A DNA stretch of 60,192 nt, filler included, from Sluysia triapertura (Eukaryota): assembly GCA_046118255.1 (NCBI GenBank). It is 5 parts of 5 records of this genome, joined end to end, with 100 filler letters (N's around TTAATTAATTAA, not from the genome) between each part and the next. Parts side by side here need not be neighbours in the genome. Positions count along the whole stretch, not along the records: positions 1 to 13,839 come from JBJNIA010017414.1; positions 13,940 to 24,738 come from JBJNIA010193283.1; positions 24,839 to 36,912 come from JBJNIA010141834.1; 2 more parts are not named here. One strand, written 5' to 3'. How positions within the stretch are numbered: position 1 is the first letter of the stretch; the number at the start of each line of letters is the position of its first letter. Shown here one piece after another: positions 11,258 to 25,676 of this stretch. Below the pieces are notes generated by a model, which worked only from the letters and a program-made list of their open reading frames with translations, ran no database searches and was not told where the DNA came from. Both the position numbers and the translations under genes were made by a program.

Positions 11258-12819
11258 TATTAATTTTAATATCTGATTATGTGGTTTTAAACGATTATCA
11301 ATTTTAAAATTAATTGTGATTTTAAATAGTATTTGTTTTGATTTTGACAAATTGACGAAATATTTTTCATTTGTACTGATTGAGATATATTTTTTCTCAA
11401 TATTTTATTTACTGACAATAATGAGTATTTAATCTTTTTTAAAAATAGTAATCACCGTAAATACATAATCAAGTTTCCGATGCAATTGTGCCATTTCTTT
11501 TTTATATTATAAATCTGAGCAAATCATATTCAAAATCAATGTTAAAATCAATAATGTATTTACATAAACTATAGAAACACAATTAAACCGAAATTAAAAA
11601 ATAACATTAGTCAAATTTAAAACGAATATTTTCATTATTTTATTTATTGATTTTTTCAGCTCGTGGCATTATGATATTCATTGGTTTAAGTGTGCTGGTT
11701 TTCATAGTCAGTTTGGTATCGTTTTATATATTAAATTGATTTTTTGTTTTATTATATTGTTCACGTCATTAAATTAATTTGAAAAATGACTTTGATTATA
11801 ACGGTTAATGGTTTGATTATTATTATCATTATTATTATGATTATTATTATCACTATTATTATTATTAATTATTATCACTATTATCATTATGATTATGATT
11901 ATCATTATAAAGCAATAATTTTGTCGTATTTTAAACATTATTTCAACTTTTTCATTAATTGCTTATTTTAAAAAGAAGAGGGCATACAGAAATTCCATCA
12001 TATCCATTTCTTGAATAATAAACTACTGAATAACCTTGATTATTATATTGGTTAGAAATTATACGAAAAGTAAGTTCAATTGAAATCAAAACTAAATAGT
12101 TTCTTAATTATATAGATGTATTGTACACATTTTGATAATATGCATTCTACTAAATTATAAACACTTTGAGGTTTTATTTTTTTCTGCTTTTCTGTTGTCG
12201 GATAGATCCATAATTTTCAAAATATTCAAAATCTTGATTGATTGATGATGCTGCCACATTGCGGAAAATTTAAAAGCGTCTGTCTCATTTTCATTACATT
12301 AGTTTTCTATTATTTCTGATTTTTAGAAGTTTGTATCACATTTTCGCACTTTTCTCGAAATTCAAATATTGCTCGTTCTATTTTCAAATTATTTCCATTA
12401 ACTTTTATTTGTAATGTTTGGTTATACAGTTACCACAGTAAACAAATGAAGATTTTAGTGGATGCATTAGTAATAGAACTACAAAACATTTAATTGTGGT
12501 GAATCCACTTCTAATTCTGCCAAGATAAATGTTAATTGGTTTAAAGCTGTAATTGGATGAATTTGATTGAACCAAGTCCATGGGTTATTTCGGTAGATAT
12601 ATAATATTTAAAACATTAATATTAAATTCTAAAATGCCTCCAAATGGTAGAATAAAATGTATATTGTATATAATACTGAGTTAGTGAATGTTAATGTTAT
12701 TGGTGGAGATATCGATGTTGTAATTTTCGTTTTGTTAATAGAGAAATTATGTAAAATATATTAATTAAATATCAATATTATTTTCAATTAATTAATCATA
12801 ATTTGTAAATGATTTTGGG

Positions 12820-12952
12820 AATAATAATATATATTGAATTGCTCTACGATTTACTCTAAAATAAGTACTCAAAAGCGCTTAAAATGAATCATTCATCGTA
12901 TAGCTGACATAGAAAGAACTTTGCCTTTTTCTTATATATTTCATAATCTTAC
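12820..12952 (+). repeat. Dispersed repeat, second copy at about 16945-17072
   Basis: AAGTACTCAAAAGCGCTTAAAAT...GAAAGAACTTTGCCTTTTTCTTA..TATTTCATAATCTT shared. Confidence 0.85.
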
Positions 12953-13458
12953 AATATATCTTATTTGTATAAGTTATAAGATATGAAGAAAAAACTTCTG
13001 AAAATATAAAAGTACATTTATTAATTTAATTAAGAATTGTTTTAATTTAATAATTTTTTGTGCGTGAGAAAATAGCATATGAACTGAAGAGTAATTTTGA
13101 AATATTACGAAATTATTTTAATTAATTTTCTGTAATATGAAGCTAAATTTATATATCTTGTAATGTTCAAGCATAATAAACGTATATTTTAAATTAATCA
13201 TCACTAATGTACCGAATCAGGCAGGTTATTGAAATGCACGTACGGATAACGCATGACGTATAGTATCGAACACCATTGTGGAAAATAAGTTGTATTTAAT
13301 TGATTTTATGTTTAATTCTATTACCGAATTTATTTTTAAATTTATTATTCTTTTATACCTTTTACATTTCCTATTAAATTATTATTATCAATATTATTAT
13401 TATTAAACTTTTTATGAATACAAATGAATTTTTTAAGAAAAAATGAATAATCTAAAAC

Positions 13459-13530
13459 TGTTAGACTTCAATAAATAGACTGACCGGGAATCTAGCGCAG
13501 GACCTCTCGCTTCAGTTCGATGCTCAGTCA
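13459..13530 (-). mobile_element. Degenerate 3' half of the tRNA-containing TG...CA element
   Basis: Reverse complement GAGCATCGAACTGAAGCGAGAGGTCC...CCCGGTCAGTCTATTTATTGAAGTCTAACA. Confidence 0.7.
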
Positions 13531-13839
13531 ATTATATGTTGAGTAGTCTTTTAAAATATTATTTAAATTAAATAGATATTAATTTAATTAACTACCAAAA
13601 TAAGTCAATTGTTTATGTACTCCCTATCTGATAATAATTATTATTCTTCCTAAAATTAAATGTTTTATAAAGAAAACCAGATTAAAATCAAAAACAAAAT
13701 AATTTACTAATTAAACAAATATCAATTACAGATTCATATTATTACAAATTTCTATCAGATTTTACTAAAAATGATTAAATCGATTATAAATTAATATTAA
13801 CACAAATTAATGATTAAAACAATTACAACTTAACGTTAT

Positions 13840-13939
13840 NNNNNNNNNNNNNNNNNNNNNNNNNNNNNNNNNNNNNNNNNNNNTTAATTAATTAANNNNN
13901 NNNNNNNNNNNNNNNNNNNNNNNNNNNNNNNNNNNNNNN
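13840..13939. other. Artificial contig spacer
   Basis: N44-TTAATTAATTAA-N44, a six-frame stop linker. Confidence 0.97.
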
Positions 13940-14049
13940 CTCACTAAGGCAACACGATGCTCTACCACTGAGCTATCAGCCCCATCTAACAATTTTTGGA
14001 TTAGAATAGTCAACCATACAAAGTGGCGCCTTAGGCCTATGCTCAATCA
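13940..14049 (-). mobile_element. 5' half of the tRNA-containing TG...CA element, truncated by the spacer
   Basis: Reverse complement AGGCCTAAGGCGCC...AATTGTTAGATGGGGCTGATAGCTCAGTGGTAGAGCATCG. Confidence 0.8.
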
Positions 14050-17000
14050 TATATAGATAACTCATTCTTTTATTGCTAAACCGAAAAGACAAATTTTAAA
14101 TTCTCAGAATTGATTGCACTTCCATCTATTACATCCGAGATGAGTAAATTTAAATACTTAGTTAAGACTTAGTAATGAATGATTTGAAAATAATTTTACT
14201 CAATAAAATTAACGATAATTTATTTATTTTATGTAAAAATAATAGTTATAATAATAATAATGATAATAATAATAATAGTAATAATAATATTAACAATAAC
14301 AATATTTGTCATGATATCCTTAGTAACCAATTAAATATAATTTGTGTTTAGTTTTCATATTCTTTTTGTTTCCCAATAATCATCGTTTCCCGTAGATCTA
14401 TTAAGAATAATTGCGGTTTGAATTTTTGATGATTTTATTGTTATTTTATGTGAATGGATAAATAAAACTAATAAAAGAACGTTATTAAGTACGATTATAT
14501 CAACATTAATAATCATTAATTCATTTATATGTGAATCTAAATTTATTCTATTATTTGTAGCTGTTTTTTTTGTATTATCACATGTGAAAATAAAATTTAT
14601 TTAGTCTAAAACAAATTTAAGTTTAATCGATCCAGAATAATATAAGTTGATATTTTCAATATGTTTTACTTACAACATTTATCCTTATTAAGGTATAAAA
14701 CTCTAATTTTAATAACAAGTTTCAAATGCAAAGCGTCTCTTTAGTCAAATTAAATTGAAAAACTCTTATTAATCTTAAATTCGACTTAAAATTCAAAATT
14801 TTTCTTTATCTACATCACAATAAATAAATAACAAGTATTTTCGACCTAATAATTAACAATTAACGATTACGGATCATATAATTATGTGATGACAGTCGAA
14901 TGAACAGAGCACTAAAAAGAATTTTTTCAAAAAACAATTAAAAATAGATTTTTAATACTTTGCTAATGAAAATTTATATTAGTTTGGTTTACAGATACCA
15001 TATTGTAAAACTCAAAACCATTTAAGCTTAAAAAAGATAATACAAACAATTAAACAATTAAAACTCTGTTTTAAAATAATTTGGGCAGGCAGTCTGCAAA
15101 CAAAAAACAAATTCTATTCAATAAAATTATTATCTTTTTTTATCCAAAAAATTATACATATCTTTCATTGCCTTATTCAGCTTGGATATAACATGTACAA
15201 TAATCTTTGTGCTGCAAAATTTTTAAGTATGCCCTTTATCCAATCATTCATGAATTGTATAATCAAACATTTTCAGACAAATTATTTGAATCTCCTTCGA
15301 GAAATAGACTAACGATTAACGATCAACAATTATATTTTTCTAATTTACTCGATCTACCTTCACATTAGTATTGTCAACATACATACAAATAATGAATTTA
15401 CAGACCTTTATTTAGTATTGGATAAAACAAAACAAATAATAATGATAAAATTTTAATGAGATCAACCATAAGTCAGAGAAAATAATTAATAATGATTAAT
15501 TTTTAATGTGATAGATGATATAAATAAAAAGACAACTAATATTGATTTAATAATTAACCCTATGTCATTCAGCGAGTAAATCTTATACACATCGGTTGAA
15601 CTCCAATATCAAAAAAAATTACAGTTAAAATTTATAAGCTTGGAGAAGATTATTCTAAAATAAATTCTAACAATTGCGATACTGACTATGCTCTATCAGA
15701 AGTCACACGCAGAAGATTTTACAATGACAAATTATAAAAAAATTACATGTATCAGATATTAACAATTTGGTGAATTTGATATCCGGACCTGTCTCTGACA
15801 ATAAACCACAAAATTGATTATATTATTGAACAAATTCGTAAGTTTTTTATTTACTTTAGTAAGACAAAACGTCGTAAGGTTTCCATTATAAAACAAAAAC
15901 GTACATTACCTTTAGTTTTAGAATTCAATAGATTTTCCAGTTTTTTACCAAATTTTCGAAGGGTAAATGTTTGAGGCTCTCATTCCATAATATTTCAAAT
16001 TCATTTCTAGATTATCCTCTTTCACAGCAATTCATTATTTTCTTCATTATTCTAAGTCTGAAAAATCCAACATTTTACAATTGAGAATTAATTAAAATTT
16101 GACTTGGCTCAATATTAAGACTTTCCTTGCATGAACTTGGTCAAACAACATCTTTAAAACATATTCATAGTTAAACCTTTTACATAGTATTCCGCATTCA
16201 AACTTTATTCATAAAAACGTGCTTTAACACAAAAGGAAACCCAAGGTATTCTTCATCATTCTTATTCTAACAATGTTTTATTCAACACTTTGTATCAAAT
16301 CTTTCTGCATCATTCTTTACTCACCTTGGCAATCGCAACTTATTTTTCTGAAATGAAAACATTGGCAAGTAAATTAAATACGCAAAATAATTATTTTTCA
16401 TTAAAATTTGTGAAATCTTTTTCAAAAGATAAAAAATTTAAGCACACAAACTTTACAAATAAACAGTGAAAATATTATTCAAATTAATATTTATCGGAAT
16501 GTCGGTATAACTGAGAAAATAGTACAATATAACCAGTGCAATATAACCAGCTAATATTTGTCATTGTAAAAATTTCAATATCGATAAAGAATTTAGTCAA
16601 TCACTTCAAGTTTGAATTATTGATATATCTTACACTAAGTGCACTAATACTTATCGAATGTTATAATTTTATTTTCTATTTGATTTTGATTTATCATAAT
16701 TATTTATTTGGTAAATAATTTTATTATATTGATTTATAACTCACTCTGTAGTTATCTTTTCATAATCCTCGGAGATCAGCATTCCTTGTGGTAATTTATT
16801 ATAATAGTATCAATTTCATCAATTTACATTCAATATATAGACCACAACATGCAATTCTAATTGGAATTTAAATGTTTACAACATTGTACGAAATTTACTA
16901 CTAATTGGTGTTAAAAAACCAACAAACATTCAATTTACTACTAATAATAATTTATATTGCACTCATATCTACTGCAAAGTAAGTACTCAAAAGCGCTTAA

Positions 17001-17169
17001 AATAAATCATTCACTATAATATTTCTGAAACCGAAAGAACTTTGCCTTTTTCTTAAATATTTCATAATCTTCCAGTAATTTGTCATTCTCTGGTAACTGG
17101 TAACGGTATACAACCTATCACCTAGCTTATTATTACTGTATAGATTACTGTCTCAATGAAATATTCATC

Positions 17170-17375
17170 TTGGTTTCCAATTTTTCTTATTACTTCTAAA
17201 AGATATTCAAGGCTTCCGTAATGTAAGCATTTGTAAATTATTGTCATGATTTTAAATTATATTCTTGTTTTTATTGGCAACCAATGTAATTCTTTAAGAT
17301 AGGGTGTTACATGAGATCTTCTTCCAACTTGGAGAATTAGTCTTGCTGCTGGATTAATTATTATTTGTAATTGTA
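17170..17375 (-). mobile_element. L2/CR1-clade LINE ORF2 C-terminal fragment
   Basis: INPAARLILQVGRRSHVTPYLKELHWLPIKTRI*FKIMTIIYKCLH, the classic AARL...H.TP.L..LHWLP motif. Confidence 0.88.
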
Positions 17376-19516
17376 ATAAAAACATAAATATTAGATTTAT
17401 AATTAATCACGTAATTTTAAACATAATCATTAAGTATAATTTTATCTGGGACATAATTGTTTCTAATGATTAATATGTGCTATTTATTTTAAAATTTTAT
17501 AAATTGTCATATAATTTCTAAGATAAATATTTTCATATACAAACAAAGATAATATTGATAATCTAGTCATGCAATAACATTTTACCTATAAACTTTATTG
17601 TAGATAATAGCTTTCAAAATTTCGTTAACATAACTATAGTAACCAAATGTAAATATTGACAATTAAAGATGTTGGAAATAAATGGTTGATAATACAATGT
17701 ATTTCATTTTTTTTGTAGAAAAATGTTTAATATTTTGGTAAGTATGTGATTTATTTCATTTGGTAAATTCAATTGGTGACTTAATTTAATACATAATAAT
17801 TATACAATGTTAAAATGAGTTCTTTAGATGTTTAAAATTTTGTTATCATTAGAAAAGTATGGATTTGAAAATTAAACTTAATGCGTATGGTGTGCTTCTT
17901 GAATAAGATATTTAAATCAAGTAGGAAACATTTAAATTTTAACATTTAAAATATGTAAAAATTAGTCTAATAAAAATTAGTCTAATAAAAATTATTTATA
18001 GTTGCTTAAAGTAATATTCAAATTCGAGAAATTGTCTTAAAAATTGACGAAACGATGCAAGACTTATTTAAGCAAATAATATAAATAGTAGTTTTAATAA
18101 AATTCACACTAAATGAATTTAAATTTACGTGTTTAAGCAATAAAACAATAAAAAATAAATAAAAAAATAAGATATTGAAATAAATGTGTGATGTTATTGT
18201 TGAAATGTAAAAAGTTTAAAAAACTGTTATTGAAATGCTATGTTATTATATATCAAAATTGAAATTGTTGAATTATTACATGTATTTGTGTTTTAAAATT
18301 TATTTTAACTTTTCTTTCGTTCCTCATAAAATTAATGAACTGGTTGATGCAATGCAAATTTAATGTCGTAATTTAAGGTGTTTTAGAAATAAATTGATAA
18401 TTTTTGAGTAATATAATTATGGATATGATATTTGTGTTCAAATGTATTTGGTAAGATGACCAAGATATGTTAGAAAATGGAGGCCAAAAGAGAATGTTTC
18501 TATGAAAGAGTTGCCTATGTATTTTCTGGTATATAAAATAAAGTATGTATTTAAAATAAGCTTCAGTGCATTGTCTTTAATGTAAGTTATGAAAATTGTC
18601 ATACAGTTTCAGAATACAATCTTTAGACATAATTTCGTTACTTAGCAGCTTTATTTGGTAACAAAAAGAAATAAAGTTCGTATTAAAATAATTGTGCTAA
18701 TGTTATATGATTCTATTTTTGAAATGCATTACTTTATTATTTTATTTACTATTAAAAGCTGAGTTATCAAAATATAAAAATAAAACTTTGTTGAGCCTTT
18801 GTGCTTAATAATAATATCGATTACTCTATTTAACAAAACATCAATAATTAAAACTAAATTCAATATAAAATTATCACAAATTTCCTTATTTCGATAAGGT
18901 TATTTATTCAACCCAAAAATTAAGTGTTTTAAAATAAAATAAACGATAATTCAATAATTTAATGATTATAAAAAATCAAATGCAATTTAGTGTTATAAGT
19001 CTTTACTAACAACAATAAAATAACTAAAACGGCAAAATTAGTAATAACATATGTAGTATCAAGAATATGACAGTCTATAAAAAACCAAGAGCGACGCTAC
19101 AAAGACTGAAAAATATCAATATCCAGAAAGTTAAAAATATTATTGATGGATAAATTTAAAATTTTAACAACAAACTGTAAAGTGAGTCTCCCACCAAATA
19201 ATATTAAAATACCTTAAAAATAAAAATAAATTTAATATTTTAAAATAAAATAGCAAAGGGAGTCTCCTACTAAATGATATTAAAATTATCTTTCCTCTTA
19301 TTTTAATTTTAAAATAATAAAATAATAAAATCAAAAATAAACAAGAACATTACCCTAAGCATGGATCTTCACTGAATAATTGCATAATTGTATCATTGTT
19401 GTTATTGTGTTGTAAAAATTTAGAAATTTTTATTTTATAATCTCATCATCCAATCAATTCTCAGTCCCATAACCAAATATTCTCTCGCATAAATCATCCT
19501 AACCTCTTTGAGAATT

Positions 19517-19577
19517 GTAGGGAAATCACACAAAATTCATCACACTTCATCGCATAAAAACATTGCACATATACTCA
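19517..19577. repeat. Dispersed repeat, inverted copy at about 24852-24915
   Basis: TGTAGGGAA..ATCAC..AAAATTCATCACA.TTCATCGCATAAAAACA shared; LTR-end-like. Confidence 0.7.
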
Positions 19578-19650
19578 TATCATTAAACAAATTACTAAAC
19601 TCATTCAAAAACAAACATAATCATTGCACATAATTATCATGAATTACAGC

Positions 19651-19711
<61 letters not shown>
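19651..19711. repeat. (ATT)n microsatellite; others at about 7338-7398, 8498-8551, 22604-22630 and 32902-32963
   Basis: Seen directly. Confidence 0.95.
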
Positions 19712-19713
<2 letters not shown>

Positions 19714-19929
19714 AATCGTATTAAACAATATATTTAATAATTATTGTCATTATTGTTATGTAGTATGACTATCAAATAATAACTTTTATAATAAATTTCA
19801 TAACTTTCATATTAACATCACCAACATCATCATTCTAAATTATATAACAATCACGTTATTGTTATCATTATTATTTTTTTATCCTTAGTATCAATCTTTC
19901 TTTTTCCATTTTATATATATTTATATAAG

Positions 19930-20492
19930 TGTACGATCTGAAAGGGAAGATCTTTAACACATCCATTAGTAACAAATCTGTTGAAGATTAAATGGAAAAC
20001 TTTTGGTAATATTGTTTACTATTCGAATTTAACGATTTACACTTTATTCGCTATATCGATTTGCGAATACATGTATCAAGCCCATCCACCACACTACTAC
20101 AAATTTAAAATAGCCAATACTTGGTCAGATGATAATCCAACGTGTGATCAAGTTATGAAGCATAATCCGAATGAAAAATTGAATTTAACTGCCGATGTTT
20201 TAAATATTTTGTCATTATTTTATCATCTATCGGAATATTGAAGAAGTGTGCTCATATGATCACCAAACGTAAACATTATTTAAATATCGAAAATGGGATG
20301 GAATGGTTTTTATATATTCTATCCTTTGTCATTGTATTTGATATGACGTCTTACCAACGTAGTTTAGGAATTAGAGAAGCCTGGCAATGGCAAAGTGGCT
20401 TAGTTGCATCATTTATTTGTATTGTTAATTTAGTCTTACTTATTCGCAAAGTGCATTTTTCGGAATATTTGTTGTTATGCTTCCTGATATCA
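19930..20492 (+). pseudogene. TRPA1: TRPA-family channel transmembrane region, frameshifted fragment
   Basis: REDL*THPLVTNLLKIKWKTFG, HYLNIENGMEW, WQWQSG...NLVLLIRK; frameshifts at about 20215-20240 and 20455. Confidence 0.75.
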
Positions 20493-20494
20493 TG

Positions 20495-21010
20495 AATGGT
20501 AATGGATCACATTTAAATTTAATCCACAAGATTTATCTATTAATGATCGTATAACATGTACTGTTCAGAATCGTGCATTGTATTGTAGATACCTGTCACA
20601 GTCAATATTATTATCTACAAGTATCCCGGACAACCAGTTATAACAAACAAACAACCACAGATTTTCAGAAGACGTTTTTTAACTTCAACTAGCGTAATTT
20701 CTCCTAAAGGATTTCCTTTGCCAGAAGTACATTGGTTTAAATAGTCGATTTCAAAAGTCCTTACGGCCATGAAGGAGATTTAGATCTACGGGAAGAAATA
20801 AAAATTGAAACAATCAAATCAGAACCTATAGCAGAATCCATACGAGACGATGAAATCAGTTATCTTATTGTAAAAATTCGAATCAGTAAATATTATCATG
20901 CTGCAGAATTAGTGTGCGCACATTAACACATTCTCACCATTGACCAAAAAAGTGATTCAATCAGAATTAAAATTGAATATCCACCATCTCGCCTTTACAT
21001 ATCGTCTACA
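20495..21010 (+). pseudogene. Nephrin/Kirre-like Ig-domain fragment, degenerate
   Basis: RITCTVQNRAL, YPGQPVI, KGFPLPEVHWFK, AELVCAH, IKIEYPP Ig-domain motifs across frames. Confidence 0.55.
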
Positions 21011-22329
21011 AATATATCATCCACAACTACATTTATATCAACTCTTAGAAATAGCATAATTAAAAGGCTCTAGTGTAACCGAAGTCATCTTATTTCATCG
21101 ATTTACTTGCTGATCATCTTTATAATTTTGTGTTACACAGATCCTCATTATTCGGAAGTAAAATTATTTTGGAAATTTATTGTATCAAATACTAAAAATT
21201 ACAAAAATAATAAAATATAAATTAATTTATGATTAATACAGTCATAATGATTTTTAATGAACAATGTTTAAGTTTATTTTTATTAATTTTTTTTACTGCC
21301 ATCACATGTACCTGTCAAGTCGGGTTTTATAGTTTTGAAGATATTGTTGTTTTACAAAACAGTACTTGTGAAGTTTGGAAAATTTACCGATCAGAAAATA
21401 ATATGTATCATTCAGAAATTTATAAAATATTACGACAATTTAACACTAATTTTTGTGCTTTAATTCAAAAGTCTCATTTGTGCACAAAGTATAACTAAAG
21501 TTAAATTATGTAATGTCAGTTTTACGAAACATGATTCAGATATATTGTATCAATGAAGTTAGTTATTTTGTGTTTAAAAGTCAATTGAAACTAGAATTTT
21601 ATCCCGCAATTGTTGAGTATATTTGGTATTACTTTAATATAATTTTTATCATTTTTATAATTTAATATCATTTTTATTACTTTATCCTGTCTCAATTATT
21701 TGCATTCAATCATAAATGTTGATTTCATTGTTATATTACAAATATTCACTTCATTTATGTTATTCCGAGTAAAATTATTATCAACCATAATTATTTCTTT
21801 GCCACTTATTATCATATTGAAATTATAAACATTATAAACACTGATTTAAGTTAAATTTGTTACTTGAATTCGAAAAATTACGTCATAGTAGTATTTTTCT
21901 CTATTATAAATTATCTTTAACATTTTTACAATCATTACATTATAAAGGTGTTTTTTTCATTAATCCAAAATGCTAAAGCAAGAATAGAAATTAAAATAGC
22001 ACAAGTTAAAATGTATTGGCTTAAAGCTATTATGCCCAAGCTATTATGTTCAAACTAAACAACGTGTGTTTGAACATATAAACAAATCAAACAATTCGAA
22101 TACATTAACGCTTGTACAGTCAAATAATAGTGTGAGTCTTTTTATATGTCCTTTTGTTCTGTTTATTATATTAATAAAAAGTTAATTTTCGTTTTTATTA
22201 AATTGTTATTCTGTAAAGGCTTTAAGCTTAGTTTATTAGTTAGTAAATTTAATAGTTTTTTAATGGTTATAAAGTTAAAATTTGACGGTTTTTGTTAATT
22301 AAATATTTAACAATTTTTTAAAGATATAA

Positions 22330-22600
22330 AGCTGAATATAAACAAATGCATTTCATTAATATATTACAAACTAAAGACATCCCAGCATTTATAATTAAAA
22401 TAGTTACAGAAGTAGAAGTAAAAACTCGAATGGATGTGAAAACAACAATAATAATTATAAGGCACAAACTGTGACAAACTTGGTAAATATGGAGACTATG
22501 CAAGAAATTGTAAGAAGTTAAAGTAAAATACCTCCAATCCAAACTTTGCTAATATAAGATGTCTTCAACAACAAAGATAGGAACGAAAAATTCGACGAAA

Positions 22601-22631
<31 letters not shown>

Positions 22632-22900
22632 ACAATTAAAATTTCAGTGTGATGATTATGAATACAATGGGTACTATAAGGAACAAGAAAATTATAATAA
22701 GAATGAATATTCAAGAAGAAATAATAGAGAAGATTATTATGAGAAGTATGAATATCCGTCAAGAAGAAATGACAGACGAAATGAGAACTCAACAAAAATA
22801 AATAATAAATAATAATAAATAAATAATAAAGAATCGACAATAGAAAACAAAGAAAAATGATATCAATGAAGAAGCCGACAAATATGTGAATTTTACACAA
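22330..22900 (+). mobile_element. gag: Degenerate gag C-terminal fragment related to the 7.9-8.5 kb region
   Basis: Decayed knuckle CDKLGKYGDYARNC followed by Asn/Glu/Arg-rich sequence as in element 1. Confidence 0.55.
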
Positions 22901-24738
22901 CTGAATTGGACTGCAATGTAAACAAAAATAGATTTAAAAGCAAAGAAGAAGAGTGTGCATGGAAATTTTAAAATGGGTTTTGTTTGTCCAATTGAATTTG
23001 TAAAAAATAGAAAAAAATTCTAAAATTTATATCTGTTAGCGTCCAGAACCTTAGTTTTTCCTCGTTTACTCACTTTTAATTCAAACTTGGTTGCGGTTAA
23101 CGATCTCATATGGACTCTTAAATGGTATAAATTCTTCAGTACTCACAGAATCAAAATTTAACATGTTACACCTGACGCTTTTCAACAAAAAATTGTATAA
23201 CTGACTCAGCTTTTTGGTTGTTTGTTGGAAAATCCTCGGACCATTTAGTTTGATAATCTGAGACTACCAATACACGTAATAGGTAGCACATCAATATTAT
23301 CTGTGACTGCAATTTCTGCAAAACTTGTATAGACTGTAAGAAAACTGTAGTTTTTATTACCTTTTTCTTATGAGATGAACAAATTTGATATAATTTATAA
23401 CTTCCTTTATCAATATTTCATTCATTCTTATGTTTTCTTTGCTGAACATAAGGAATTTTCTTACCTTAAGAAATATAATAATGTACTTATGCTTTATGTT
23501 TATCCCTATCAACGATAGCATTAAAAAATACATTAAAGAGTTAATTTCCAAAAAAATAGTTTTCGAAAAAAGAAAATAAAGTTTACTAAAACAGAAACCG
23601 AAAATTATAGAACGTTCTAAAAGTTTCCTCAATTATGATTGGCTGATGGCTGGTATAAATATTGGCATCGGTACAATTATGAACACAATAATAATATTTA
23701 ATGTTTTAAAAAAATTTTCTTTTTAAGTTACAAATTTAGTGACTTTATTTAAGAAGTTTTCAAAATTAATACTTTTGAAGATTTTGGATAATCATTACAT
23801 TTCAGAAAATTTTTCACTAATTATTAATATATTTTCTAATGACGGTTATAATTCTAGAATTTTAAAATGCAAGCAAAATATTTTATAATTGAATTTTATA
23901 GCCCAAATTTAATGGGGACAATTTCATTTTTGAAATCAAGAAAATTAAAAATTAAAGACCTTCAAAGATCTTTGCTTTTATTTTTTGTTGTAATTATTTA
24001 AAGGTTCTAAAATTGTATCATAAATTTTAAAATAGTTGTAAATAAAAATAAAAAAATTATTAATCAAGGAAATATCAAATTATTTTATAAATAAAACTTA
24101 GGCCCTCTATTAAGTAATTGCAAAAACAAGTAAAAGTTGCTACAAGAATTCAGCTTCACAAGTTAAGAAAGAGAATACGATATTAAGATTAAAATTCACG
24201 TTAATTAGCATTTTAGTTACAGATACGCCCACTCTAAGTCATAAATCAGAGCACTGTATTCACCTTGAAGGTTAAGTACGATAAAATATTTGGAAATATC
24301 TAATACGAGATAAGAGATATTCATCTTGATTTAATTTTCGAAAATCAATACAAAATCTCATCAATCTGTCATTTTTATTAACCAATAAATATGCAGTCTA
24401 TATGTTCTTACGATTTAAGTTTAACTGGATTCGGGTGTGATGTATTTAATAAGAGTTGATTCAGCAATATCATATCTCACGCTAATACTCTAGGATATTT
24501 TTTTCTTGTTCAGTAATATTGTTATTATCGATTTTAACTTCAATGAATGCTTTTGATTCTGTTTCTCATTTCAATAAAAATTTACAAATATTCTTCGTAA
24601 ACATTCTTTATGTTTCCTTAATTTTATTGCATCGTGGTGGCAATTGCAAATGCGCAAATAAATGCATCTTCTTTCATATTATTCATGATATGAAAATAGC
24701 ACATCTTTCACAAATTAATGTCTCTTCTCCAAAATACG

Positions 24739-24838
24739 NNNNNNNNNNNNNNNNNNNNNNNNNNNNNNNNNNNNNNNNNNNNTTAATTAATTAANNNNNN
24801 NNNNNNNNNNNNNNNNNNNNNNNNNNNNNNNNNNNNNN
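24739..24838. other. Artificial contig spacer
   Basis: N-TTAATTAATTAA-N. Confidence 0.97.
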
Positions 24839-25065
24839 TGTTTAATAGTTCGTGTATATGTGGAGTGTTTTTATGCGATGAATTGTGATGAATTTTATGT
24901 GATGAATTCCCTACAAAAGTAATTCACAATCACTCAATAATTAAAAAAGTTAGTTTTAAAGTTGCAATTACTCTGAATACATTGGAATTCCTACTGATTA
25001 ACAAGTAACTTATGATAAATATTGAAATTTACTGTCTACAACTTTTGATTTTAAATAAAAATTAA

Positions 25066-25672
25066 CACTATGAAAAGTGCTGGAGTAATACAACCAAGTT
25101 TTTCTCCATTTTCGTCACCAGTATTACTAGTAAAAAAAGAACGACGACACGATGCGATTATATATAGATTTCAGAGAATTGAATAAGATAACACGAAAGG
25201 ATGTATTCCCACTACCGCGAATAGACGAGATGTTAGACAAATTAGGGAACGCTACGCATTTTACAACCTTAGACTTACAAAGCGGATAATGGCACATTGA
25301 AATAGCAGAAAAAGATAAACACAAAACAGCTTTTACGTGCGGAAGCGAACTATACGAATGCGAAAAGATGACCTTTGGTCTAACTGGCGTACCGGCAACG
25401 TTCCAACGTTATATGAATTTTGTACTATCAGGATGTAAGAATGTCATTGTATACATAGATGACATTACAATATTTTCAAAGGATTTTAAGACAATATTTT
25501 AAAATGATTAGAAGTTGCAAGACTTAAGATAAAGCCTACAAAATTTGTATGGGCAGAAGAAAAGTCGAATTTTTAGGACACATAGTATCTAAGGATGGTA
25601 TTAAAATTAATCCAAGAAACATCGATAAAGTAGTCAAAGTTCCACAACCAGATAACGTTAAAAAGATTAAAA
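25066..25672 (+). pseudogene. pol: Ty3/gypsy reverse transcriptase fragment, same family as 50.6-51.3 kb
   Basis: MKSAGVIQPSFSPFSSPVLLVKK, DFRELNK, FPLPRIDEMLDKLG, FTTLDLQSG, FGLTGVPATFQR, VYIDDI, VEFLGHIV. Confidence 0.93.
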
Positions 25673-25676
25673 ATAT

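Noticed and set aside
13840-13939. TTAATTAATTAA repeated four times between N runs
   Set aside because: Artificial six-frame stop linker used to concatenate contigs
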